Below are positions 1 to 9,518 of a stretch of DNA of 20,000 nucleotides, one piece after another. The stretch's first letter is position 1. The number at the start of each line of letters is the position of its first letter. Both the position numbers and the translations under genes were made by a program. The stretch comes from Asterionella formosa (lineage: Eukaryota), in contig NKIB01012462.1 of assembly GCA_002256025.1 (NCBI GenBank), positions 58,316-78,315 of the forward strand, written 5' to 3'. Under the pieces are notes generated by a model. The model saw nothing but the letters and a program-made list of their open reading frames with translations. It searched no databases and was not told the DNA's origin.

Positions 1-1503
1 GTAGGACCATGTCAAGAATATTAGCTTGAGTCACGAGGATTGTGGACCTGATTGTGATCCAACGAGTCGAATCTTGCATTGCCATGCCAATCAGCCACGT
101 AATGAGATCAAAGATTGAAGTTTTCTATGGACATGTTCAGTGGACATTCGAAGAGAGTTTTAGAACGAATTTGTGAGAAGCAAAGATGAATGGAAAGGAT
201 ACTTAAGTTTAGCTCAAAATTTTTGATTATCAATTACAGAAATAGTGTGTTAATTGACAGGAAGGTCAATTAGTTTATCTACTAGCTAGCAGGAAGGCAA
301 CAAGCAGAACAGAGAAAAAGTAGGTGGTACTAGGGAGTACTAATAGCACGTAAAAATCTACGTAAAGAAATCCAGACTGCAGGAAGGAGTACAAAGCTTT
401 TTAACATGACCAACCAGCACCTTGACTAACAAGCATTTGAATTGGTATGCTGTGCGTCTGTGTACTGTATTCTTGGTATATGAAGTGTATCAAGAAGGTC
501 CGGTAGCACACGTTTTATGTGTACCTTTTCAGTCTTGAATCACTCCCAATGATTCATCACATGCCTGCTGGACAAGATAGCCCAGCTTTTGATGGAATTA
601 ATATTCCTCAAGTAATTTATATGGAAAATGTTACTCTTATTGACTGTTGGCGATTTGCAGAATCGGTATCTGGTGAGCACGACTCGGATTTGATAACTGA
701 TGAACCGCTTCATCAAACAGTCTTCTAGCTTCGGAATACAATAGATTTTCTCAATGACTTTTATGCCTGCTATGAAGTATGTACTTGCATAGACACAACC
801 ACTACCCCCCCCCCATCAAGGTGTCCTTGCCAATTCTATGAACATATGCATGTAACGTTCTATCTATAAATATCGTCACAGTCATTATCATGCCTGATTC
901 AATAGCCTACCGGAGTACCACTATATTTGCAATATCATACATATCACTTACTATGGCCGGGATATATGATATGCTCAGGGTACTACCCAAAGCAGCCCTT
1001 GTCGATGCTAGTACAAATTTTTTCTGCCTATTTATTGCGATTTTTTCTAGGTATAAAACACAAGAGTGTAGTCGTTGTGAGCGGCCGGAAAATACTGTAT
1101 CATGTTGTATCAACCTTGTCCATGACGAAAATAACAAATATCTCCATGAAAAATGAGAATGACGCCTTGCTATTTGATACCTATAGTATATGCATAGTAG
1201 CTCACGACAGAGACAATTTTATCGTAAAGAATTAGTTTAATAACACTGATATTGATAACGAAAAGGGAAGTTGCCAATGGAGCATTTTTTCATGTAATTT
1301 TTAGATGCACAATTCAGAACAATGGTCATATGAACAGATTTGACACTTTCACAGTATGCAACACTCTGAACTACGGTAATCTATAGGTCGAACCAAATTT
1401 TGCTTGATTCTCTATCTTAAGTATCAATTAATAGTCCATTGCCATTTTTTAAATGACTCTTTAGTTTCTGATTACTGATCCAGTTGGTGACTAGCAAGTG
1501 CAT

Positions 1504-1597
1504 ACGACTAGAAATCTGCTGACAACGATTAGAACTTGCTGACCACGACTGAAATTCGCTGACTAGAAATTGCTGACTACGATAGAAGTTACTGATT
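1504..1597. repeat. Degenerate minisatellite, about 5 copies of a ~16-21 nt unit (ACGACTAGAAATTGCTGAC-like)
   Basis: Units read directly: acgactagaaatctgctgaca / acgattagaacttgctgacc / acgactgaaattcgct / gactagaaattgctgact / acgatagaagttactgatt. Confidence 0.7.
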
Positions 1598-2492
1598 GGT
1601 GAATTCCAGTAGCAAACCGACATCCAGTTGTTGAAAATTTTTACCAGTAGTAGCAAGTGAACAAAATTTCAATGATCAGAACACGACTTGCTTGGATCCA
1701 ATGAATGATAACTTAAGATTATAGAAAGTTACTTAAGAGAGTTTGGAATGGAGAGGAGCCAGCCTATCTTATCCGGCAGGTAGTATGGGACGAGTCATAG
1801 GGAGAAGTTTGAAACTTAATAGGGGCGCATAAAATGTAAGCTACTACTAGGACTTCTAGGGGATTACCAGCAACTGCATTTTAGGTGATGTTCTTTTAAC
1901 CAGTAAGTTTGCGAAATGCAAACATAAGCAAGATGTTTTTGTAGGCCACCGGTAAATCCATCTCCATTCTGATACAACAAACATGAGATACACACCATGG
2001 TAGGAGTAGGTAGACTATTGATCTATTTATTGACAAATCTCCCGTAGATGTGTATATTTACTGATGGCTCCCTTTATGTATGTACAAGCATAAAGGGTAC
2101 CTGCAAGTTGCGGTCATTTTGCTAAAATTGCTAACGTGACGCAGGACAGGCGTTAAATTACATAGAAAACGTCATCAATTCAGTCTTTAAAATCGTCTGT
2201 ATGCATGGTGTTAGTGAAATAATAGGTTTTATGCTAATTAGATTCTTCAAAACAGGGAAACGTCAAGAAAGCACAACAATGACCAGGGCAGGAGTAGAGG
2301 GGCGGCCCGAAGCAAAAGTAAGAAAAGTAAGCAAGTCTTGCTTTCGTTGCTTTATTCTCTCCCAACTCCAAAACCTTCTCCTTTTCCGACCGAAGTGATT
2401 AAATTACCTGCTATCTTAGCTAATCAACGGCTTTCAAAGACTTGAGGATTAGAAATTCGTAACTGCCAGCATCATCATGATAGCAACGACCC

Positions 2493-2824
2493 AATATAAC
2501 TATCATAAACTTCTGGTATGTATTTACCGTACGTACGCATGTTATGTATGCATGTATAGAAAAGGAATACCAGTAAATTCACCTCCATTGTCATGTATAG
2601 AACTTCTGGATGCGGATATTGGGCTAACCTATCATTTTCAAATTTCATTGCAATAAATATAACTATTATAAACTACCGGTATGTATTTACAGTACGTATG
2701 CATGTTATGTATGCATGTATAGAAAAGGAATACCAATAAATTCACCTCCATCATTGTCATGTATATAACAACGCTCTGGATAGGGATTTCGGGCAAACCA
2801 ATCAATTTCAAGTTTCATTGCTAT
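2493..2824. repeat. Diverged tandem duplication, 2 copies of ~163-169 nt
   Basis: Copy 1 starts at 2493 (aatataactatcataaac) and copy 2 at 2656 (aatataactattataaac). They share ...gcatgttatgtatgcatgtatagaaaaggaatacca.taaattcacctccat... and both end in ...tttcattgc. Confidence 0.9.
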
Positions 2825-3149
2825 TTATTCTTATGTCATATTATCATTGATACATGAAATTTCTGCTAAATTGGTGACTGTGTGAACACAAGTTAGAGCA
2901 CGAAATTCAATCACTTGTGCAGCCAACCACTGTTATCTTCCATGGACGAATTAAATCCACTGCGACTTCTGACCATTGTAATAACAAGGCATTCCTAGGT
3001 GCGAATTCAACATAACCATAAACAGGTAATTTCGTATGTTGACATGCTTCACATATGCTTTCAGTATGTTCAACTCTTGCTTTTAATGTGGGGTGAGATT
3101 AAATTGCGTATGAATTGCAGCATTTAATTTTTTTCATACCCACATGAAC

Positions 3150-4148
3150 TAACACCTATTGTGTACTTTGGTGTCAAATAAGCGAATGAGTTGCATACCA
3201 AGATTAAATTATAAACTCATATTTTCAATATTCTACTACTTCTAGTTAGTTAGTACTTCACTTTGAATTCAAAAAGAGTCCAATTAGAATTAATAATGTT
3301 AGTTCCAGCAGATTCCTTGTTTGTTCTCCTACTGCTAGTACAAAAGATAACTCACAGATATTGCCTTGTCTGATTGGATGAGCGTTGGGATACACCCTGA
3401 TGCTAAGTCCCATGACAGTCTCAACAAAGTCATGGTGATGTAGCCGGAGGATTATCTTCCTCATGATATCTTTGAGAGTCAGGATCAGTGGATGCTATGA
3501 TAATAATCGATAAAACATTTTAACATGCTGGTGATGGACTTCTCTGCCTATCTCAAGACCTTAAATAAGCTACTCAAACTCATGATGCATCATCCAGATG
3601 ATCAGGAGGTGTTGGCCAAGTTGACGATTTGAGGATGATTGTCATTTACTTTATGCCCGATTTGTGCTGGCATTTAATCTTTTCATTACCACATGAGCTT
3701 ATATCTGATGATACCAATCAACAGTAGGATCCAATAGTGACATAGGAATGGCAATACACCAAGTATCCCTTGGATTCTTCACAAAACATGATATCAAATG
3801 TATTTCATGAAAATTGATAGATGGAAATTTTAAATCAACAAGAGGCTTCCACTGATTGTGGTGCATTGATCATATCTTGGTTGAACGATTCCAAACATTG
3901 ACCTAGTTGTGATGCACAAAAAGTTCTGAGTTTTGATGTTTAGTATGTTGTTATCCTTCATCAATGGGACCACTGGGCCTTGAAAGTGGTACTATATCAA
4001 CATTTTTAATTCTAATTGGACTCTCTTTGAATTCAAAGTGAAGCATCTAACTGGAAGTAGTAAAATTTGTTGAATATATAAGTTTATTATTTAATTTGAT
4101 TTTCAACTCTTTCTCTTAGGTTGACACCAAAGTATACAGTAGGTGTTA
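3150..4148. mobile_element. Non-autonomous DNA transposon (~1 kb) with ~150-bp imperfect terminal inverted repeats
   Basis: 3150-3300 (taacacctattgtgtactttggtgtcaa...cttcactttgaattcaaaaagagtccaattagaattaataatgtt) is the reverse complement of 3999-4148 (aacatttttaattctaattggactctctttgaattcaaagtgaag...ttgacaccaaagtatacagtaggtgtta). There is no intact internal ORF. The ends fit a TA duplication or a decayed TTAA. Confidence 0.85.
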
Positions 4149-4505
4149 CCAGTACCCGGTAGTCGAGTGCTCTCATTATTGAGTTCTGATACAAACGATG
4201 TAACCCTACATACATCGGTGTTGTGGCGCGGGCTCACCCGTTACCCCTGGTACCAGGTACCTGGTACCCTGGTACTGTAGAGAATAGAGGGGAGGAAGGG
4301 GCAGAACATGAAGGGCATGGGTCGCGACAGCCGGGCGGGCCGGTTGCTGAAGTTAAAGTTGACACCTTGGTGACACTGATAAATTCGGATTCCTTGGGGC
4401 GCTCACAAAATATTGTTAGCAAAAACTTTCTCGTCTGATCTCCTCATAAAAAGCTCGACCATTTGACTACAAATCTAGTTAGTATATACTACAAAGCACG
4501 CAACA

Positions 4506-4866
4506 ATGACCTCAATTTTGCATTTCCTCTTGCTTTCTTCCTTTTTGGCATCGTTCATGTCAGTGGAAGCCAAAGCCTCACGCCGCAGCGTGCTTCCAAT
4601 GCGGGACTTTGGGCACCGTTCCCTTCCTAATAATAATGGTCAAAGCTCCTTCAATCTTTCTCGCTTCTCGTCTTCATTCACTGGATTCTCCGGCCTTGAC
4701 CATGATGACCATATGCATGTTGTAAAAGCGAGCAACAAAAATCATGCCAAAAAAGGTGAGTGCAAGTGCAATGCCGATGAAACATTCCAAGTGAATACTC
4801 ATTCCTCTTTCGTTTAAAGTTCCAAATGCAGAATTGGATCCACTTCCCTTTCACTTTGGTTTCTAA
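4506..4866 (+). CDS. Small putative secreted protein, 98 aa, join(4506..4755,4820..4866); the unspliced alternative is 103 aa ending at 4817
   Basis: ACAATG start context and hydrophobic signal peptide MTSILHFLLLSSFLASFMSVEA. Consensus donor AG|GTGAGT at 4756, then a pyrimidine tract and AAG acceptor at 4819. The spliced frame reads ...HAKKVPNAELDPLPFHFGF*. No family recognised. Confidence 0.55.
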
Positions 4867-5318
4867 GGTCACTCATGGTAGAAATCCGGAATATCTTTTG
4901 AATTTCTCCTACCATTGCATTGTTAATGTTACAAAAGAACGTGAAGCATCTTGCCAAACTGCACATGCAATAAAAACAAGGTTTTTACTTTGGCACAAAT
5001 GCAATACTCCGCGCCACCATTTTTCTTCTACGAAAGTAATTACATTCCATGAATTTATTCCAGTTGATGAGCACTCTAGATATGCTAAGACAGAAACCTT
5101 TGATGTTTTATTATTCATTTGTCTCAATTATATAAAAGACAGAATAGTTCATGTATAATTTAATGTGCCACTTCTCACCGGTATTTGATAAAGGAACAGG
5201 ATGATTCCTCAGCGAGTATGTACAAATTCTGTACGACAAAATAAAATTCCCTCGACAGTAGCAATTATTTCTAATACATAAGCACTACTGGTGTTATGAC
5301 ATTATATATAAAGTGGAA

Positions 5319-6782
5319 TCAAACCTCGCCATCTCGCTCCATACGCTTTGCCATCCGTTTCAGTGCTTTCATGCCGAGATCTGCGGTCGAAACATAGGGT
5401 TCCCCTATCTCGCCTTCTTCAAAACTTTCGAATTGCTCCATTTTTGGAACAAAGTCACCGACATCTCCATCGTAGTAAACCTTATCACTGTTGCTATGAA
5501 TCCAATCATAGCCTTGATCATAGGCCAGCTCTTCCCCATCATCAAACGGCATTATATTTCCATCTTCGTCCAACTCCAACCCTCCAACATCTTCGGCCAT
5601 TTCATTATTTCGTTCCAACTTGACTCGCAACTCACCAACTCTCGTTTCACAGGCTTCTAGAATAATGGTCCAAAGGGCCTTGGTTCCCTCACCGGTAACA
5701 CTACTAATCTGAAGTGGCTGCCCTTCGGGCAGTCCGAGCTCCTCTCTAATGGTCTCCATACTCTTCTCCACTTCGTTTTTGCTCAGCTTGTCTATCTTGG
5801 TGGCCACCACGACAATCGGAACCCCAATATCATACAACGCCGCTAAAATAGCACGGTCATCGTCGGAAGGGACTCGTCTGGAATCAACCAGCAAAATACC
5901 AAGTGCCAATTCTTCTCGTTTGCTTAAATACCGTTCAGCAGCTTCTTGAACTGACTGCTGAATCTCTTTGGACAATTTCGCGTATCCAAATCCAGGCAAG
6001 TCGGCAAGACCTAGCAATGCCTTTTGTGTCCCCTTCATCGTTCGTTCCATAAGTGTGTACAAATTCACGCTAGCAGTAGCTCCCGGCGTTTTTCCAACGC
6101 GTGCTTCGTCGCTGCCGGATGGCACCAATCGGTTCAACAGACTGGATTTTCCAACATTGGAGCGTCCCAAAAATGCCACTTCAGGGACACCCAAACGGGG
6201 AGGAAGTCGATGGTCTAAATAGCTCCCCACAAACGTCATACCGGATGCAGAGGCTGGCTGGAACCGCTTCCATGCCAAGACACTTCGTTCCGCGTCCGAG
6301 AGCATATTTCTTGCCAAGGTCTTTCGGACAGGGGCAAGCTCTTCAAGGGGAGTACCAAGTTTGATTAATTCACGGCGACGTTTTTCGGCTTGTACGTTTT
6401 CTTTGGCATCCTTGGGGGACAGGACTTGCCAGGGCGGAGCACGAGAATTTTGACTGGGAAGTTGTATGTTTGGTTTTGCAGCACGTGCTTGTTGTTGGCG
6501 GGCTGATTTTTTGGGGTCGTAGTCTTCGTTGCGCTTGTCGTTCTTGCTCCTCGTCTTTTTCGGTTTGAGTGGGTTTCCTTTTTTATTAGTTGTTTTTGGT
6601 TTGTTGTTCTCGTTTTTGTTCTTGCCTATTGGTGGACCCAGGCCCATCAAGAGTTGAAGGGTGTTCGTAGCTGCTGGTCGACTAATCGGAGCGAATCCTT
6701 CAACGGAGCTGACCACGAGTAGTCCAGCTGTTGCAATAGCGCATAGCCGTCTACGGCGAGCAGTGCATTCCGTCGCTGGCAT
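5319..6782 (-). CDS. engB: EngB/YihA/YsxC-family ribosome biogenesis GTPase, predicted plastid-targeted, 487 aa, intronless
   Basis: G1 PEVAFLGRSNVGKSSLLN, ARVGKTPGAT (G2), DLPGFG (G3), TKIDK (G4) and ISS (G5). The N-terminus has a signal peptide ending VEG-FAP (ASAFAP-type). Confidence 0.93.
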   Translation of the reverse strand: MPATECTARRRRLCAIATAGLLVVSSVEGFAPISRPAATNTLQLLMGLGPPIGKNKNENNKPKTTNKKGNPLKPKKTRSKNDKRNEDYDPKKSARQQQARAAKPNIQLPSQNSRAPPWQVLSPKDAKENVQAEKRRRELIKLGTPLEELAPVRKTLARNMLSDAERSVLAWKRFQPASASGMTFVGSYLDHRLPPRLGVPEVAFLGRSNVGKSSLLNRLVPSGSDEARVGKTPGATASVNLYTLMERTMKGTQKALLGLADLPGFGYAKLSKEIQQSVQEAAERYLSKREELALGILLVDSRRVPSDDDRAILAALYDIGVPIVVVATKIDKLSKNEVEKSMETIREELGLPEGQPLQISSVTGEGTKALWTIILEACETRVGELRVKLERNNEMAEDVGGLELDEDGNIMPFDDGEELAYDQGYDWIHSNSDKVYYDGDVGDFVPKMEQFESFEEGEIGEPYVSTADLGMKALKRMAKRMERDGEV

Positions 6783-7333
6783 GTTTGCAAAGCAGTAGTA
6801 TTAGTAGTAGTAGAATAGTGCGTGTTCTTTTAGTGGATAGTGTTGAATCGAATGCGATACACTCGTGCACTATCGATGATCATGGTGGTGAAGATCAATT
6901 GAATATTATTCGACAAACGAGTTGGTGTCGCTCGCCTCAGCTCGTCCGATGGTACCTGGTACCTGCTACTCAGGAATGATACCGGTGTTCAGCTATAATT
7001 ACAAAACATATCATTCATATGTATGATTCGTAAATAAGTATGGGAACAAACTGGTAATACCTTCATGCAGCAGCATGTGAATATTTATCAACCTACCGGA
7101 ACTGGTAGCGGTTGGTAATGGGACTCTGCTTCATCCTCGTCTGGTGTTGCCATTCATCACGAAACAAATTGAAGCAATGGTCACCAATTGTGTCAGTCTG
7201 TTCATCTGTCGCTTTGCTTTATATTTATACATACATATGTATGGACGAGTTTGATCAGTTATGATCATATCGGTTACCGGAGCAGTACTGGTACCAGGGT
7301 AACAGGTATTTTATCAATCATGTTTATATGCCT

Positions 7334-7450
7334 GGGAAGGTCCGGTTGTCGAGATATTTAGCTTAATTTTTTAAGGTAAAAATGTGTTGAACCAGACCGT
7401 CCGGGGGAAGGTCCGGTCATCGAGATAGTTAGCTTAATCTTTTCTTAAGT
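7334..7450. repeat. Direct repeat of ~43 nt, 2 copies with period 71, in the divergent engB/FKBP intergenic region
   Basis: gggaaggtccggttgtcgagatatttagcttaat at 7334 versus gggaaggtccggtcatcgagatagttagcttaat at 7405. Confidence 0.85.
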
Positions 7451-7787
7451 TCAAACGAAATCATGAATGTGTATGTAGGAGTATATCCCATTTACGTGCG
7501 ATGAGTACCGGCAGGTACAGTACTAAGAAACACATCACCCATCATGAGCAAACGGTTTATATCCCAACATCATGATAAGGAGGAGATCTTACATCAAATC
7601 ATCCGAACAACAATAAACTGAATCATCGTCTGGAGACGGGTGATCCAACATTCTATAGTTGTTCAAATAACAGTACCAGGTACTGACAGTTCCATCTATA
7701 TACATGCACGACAATTCTAAAAACGTGACCACATCAGAGTCTACAAGACGATACATAACGCCTTTGTCCAAGAAAACAGTACGAACA

Positions 7788-8785
7788 ATGAGGACCACAA
7801 CAGCAGCATCCATCGCAATAGTAGGACTCATCATGGCCATGACGGTCACCAGCGTCGCATCCTTTACACCCTCCATCATCATGTCAATGAAGCGACAAAA
7901 GACTGTCTACCATGCAGAAAATGAAGACAAACTGGAAGCGGGTTCGCATGAAGAACTCATGTATACACTCGGAGTTAACCTAGCCCGACAACTTGGTGAC
8001 ATTCGACCTTTGATTGAAACCGGAGAAGAATTAAAGCTAGTCGCTAGAGGACTTGTGGATACCGTCGTTGGCCATTTGCCAGATGAGGAACAAATGATAC
8101 TTATTGCTAAGCGGGGCAAGGATGTTAATACGTTGATTGCTGCACGAGCGTAAGTTTATTTGTATACTGTCATGCGTGATGGGTGCATCATTCATCATGG
8201 TGGACGTCATAAAAAGTGTATCGGCGAAGGAGCACTAATCTCGCCTTTTTTGCAACACATTCACACAGGGACGCCATTCGCATCCAATTGGAAGCCACAG
8301 GACGCAGCATGCTGCAGGAAATGAAAGAAACAGAAGGGACGACACCCTTGGATGGGGGAGTGATCTTGCACGTCTTGGAGGCCAACCCTGATGGGCAACG
8401 TCCTACCAAGGGAAGCACTGTCAAGGTGGCCTATCACGGTACCTTGGCCGATGGCACCGTCTTTGATACCACCATGAACGAGGAGCCAGTCACATTCGCC
8501 CTGGGACAAGTCATTCCAGGATGGAGAACCGCACTGTTGAAGATGCACGAGGGGGAAACCGCAATGGTTGGCATTCCGCCAGAAGAAGCGTATGGACCAG
8601 AGGGAACTCCAGATGGGTTGATTCCGGGAGGGTCGACATTGTTTTTCAAGGTACAGTTGATACAGGTTATGACAGCAGCGATTGGAGGGGCGCCCACCTT
8701 GTTTGGAGGGGACGGCTTAAAGTTAAGCAAGGGAGAGAAATCTATGGGTTTGTTGGGGGCAGATGGTAAACCAATGATTAAGTAG
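7788..8785 (+). CDS. FKBP-type peptidyl-prolyl cis-trans isomerase with FkpA/Mip-like N-terminal domain, predicted plastid-targeted, join(7788..8149,8269..8785), 292 aa
   Basis: The FKBP domain reads PTKGSTVKVAYHGTLADGTVFD...FALGQVIPGW...IPPEEAYG...IPGGSTLFFKVQL. The N-domain has YTLGVNLARQL. Intron GTAAGT(8150)...CACAG(8268) joins the two ORFs in frame (ARA|DAIR). The presequence ends VAS-FTP. Confidence 0.92.
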
Positions 8786-9518
8786 GTGCTTCGCAATTTC
8801 AATAGGCATGGTTGAATCTTAATCCATAAATAGTTGTGTTCATGATCTGTCTCTTGCACTGATCGGGATAGAACAAAAGTTCCAGCAATATGGAGGGGAG
8901 GGGGGTGTCTATGACATGTGAACCAAGCCAGATGTTGCTTATACTAGAGATGCAAGTATACCAACTCACTTTACCTATATCTCTTATAAATAATAAGAGG
9001 TATGTTGAGTATTGCAAGCTACACTACATATGATGTATTGGGAAGTTCCTTTGTTGCCAAACTTTTCACCAGAGCTGGCCTTCTTCACATGATGGTTACT
9101 GCATGTCTCAAGTCAGTCATGTCAATTCATTTGTATGCCACCTCTCCCTTATGTTAGCAGCCCAACAGCTGCCTTAGCCCAACCATCAATCTCCACCAAA
9201 CTAGAAATAAGCGAAATATCATTTTGTTGCTACCTGTATGTAGGTGCAAAATAATACATAAATAACAACTAAATGTGAGGAGTGCAGCATTTCATTATTG
9301 GAAAAACTACATATGACCTACCGGTATACCGGTGTGCACTTACACAGAGGCAATCTACGACCAGTATTCCGGTACCTGGTAACTTCTCTACCAGGGACAC
9401 CTGTCATAGCGATACGCCGCTGCCATCATTTTTATTTTCTGTCGTATCATTTTTAGGACTGTCCATTCTATATTTCAGATCGAAGAAATACGAAAGGCTC
9501 AACAATACCGGTGCTGGC

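Noticed and set aside
251..289. Hairpin taattgac-aggaag-gtcaatta followed by CTAG, resembling a Helitron 3' end
   Set aside because: The stem is AT-rich, CTAG is not followed by T, and no 5' end or Rep/helicase remnant is visible.
2291..2368. Purine-rich then pyrimidine-rich quasi-palindrome centred on aagcaag-t-cttgctt
   Set aside because: Only a 7-bp perfect stem with weak outer pairing, which is not distinguishable from chance.
519..2398. Short ORFs (65-102 aa) in the left flank
   Set aside because: No recognisable domains, mostly non-ATG starts, and located in degenerate AT-rich DNA.
5313..6364. Several plus-strand ORFs overlapping engB, and similar antisense ORFs over FKBP, hemH, NAXD and the J-protein gene
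   Set aside because: These are shadow ORFs opposite well-supported genes, with no motifs of their own.
7704..7787. Earlier in-frame ATG for the FKBP gene
   Set aside because: It would bury the signal peptide behind 28 polar residues. ATG 7788 (ACAATG) directly precedes the hydrophobic leader.
9282..9518. Upstream extension of the ferrochelatase ORF, and the ORF-track start at 9763
   Set aside because: The extension begins at a non-ATG codon and crosses TACCGGTA promoter-type motifs. ATG 9519 gives a proper presequence. The 9763 start reads through the intron.
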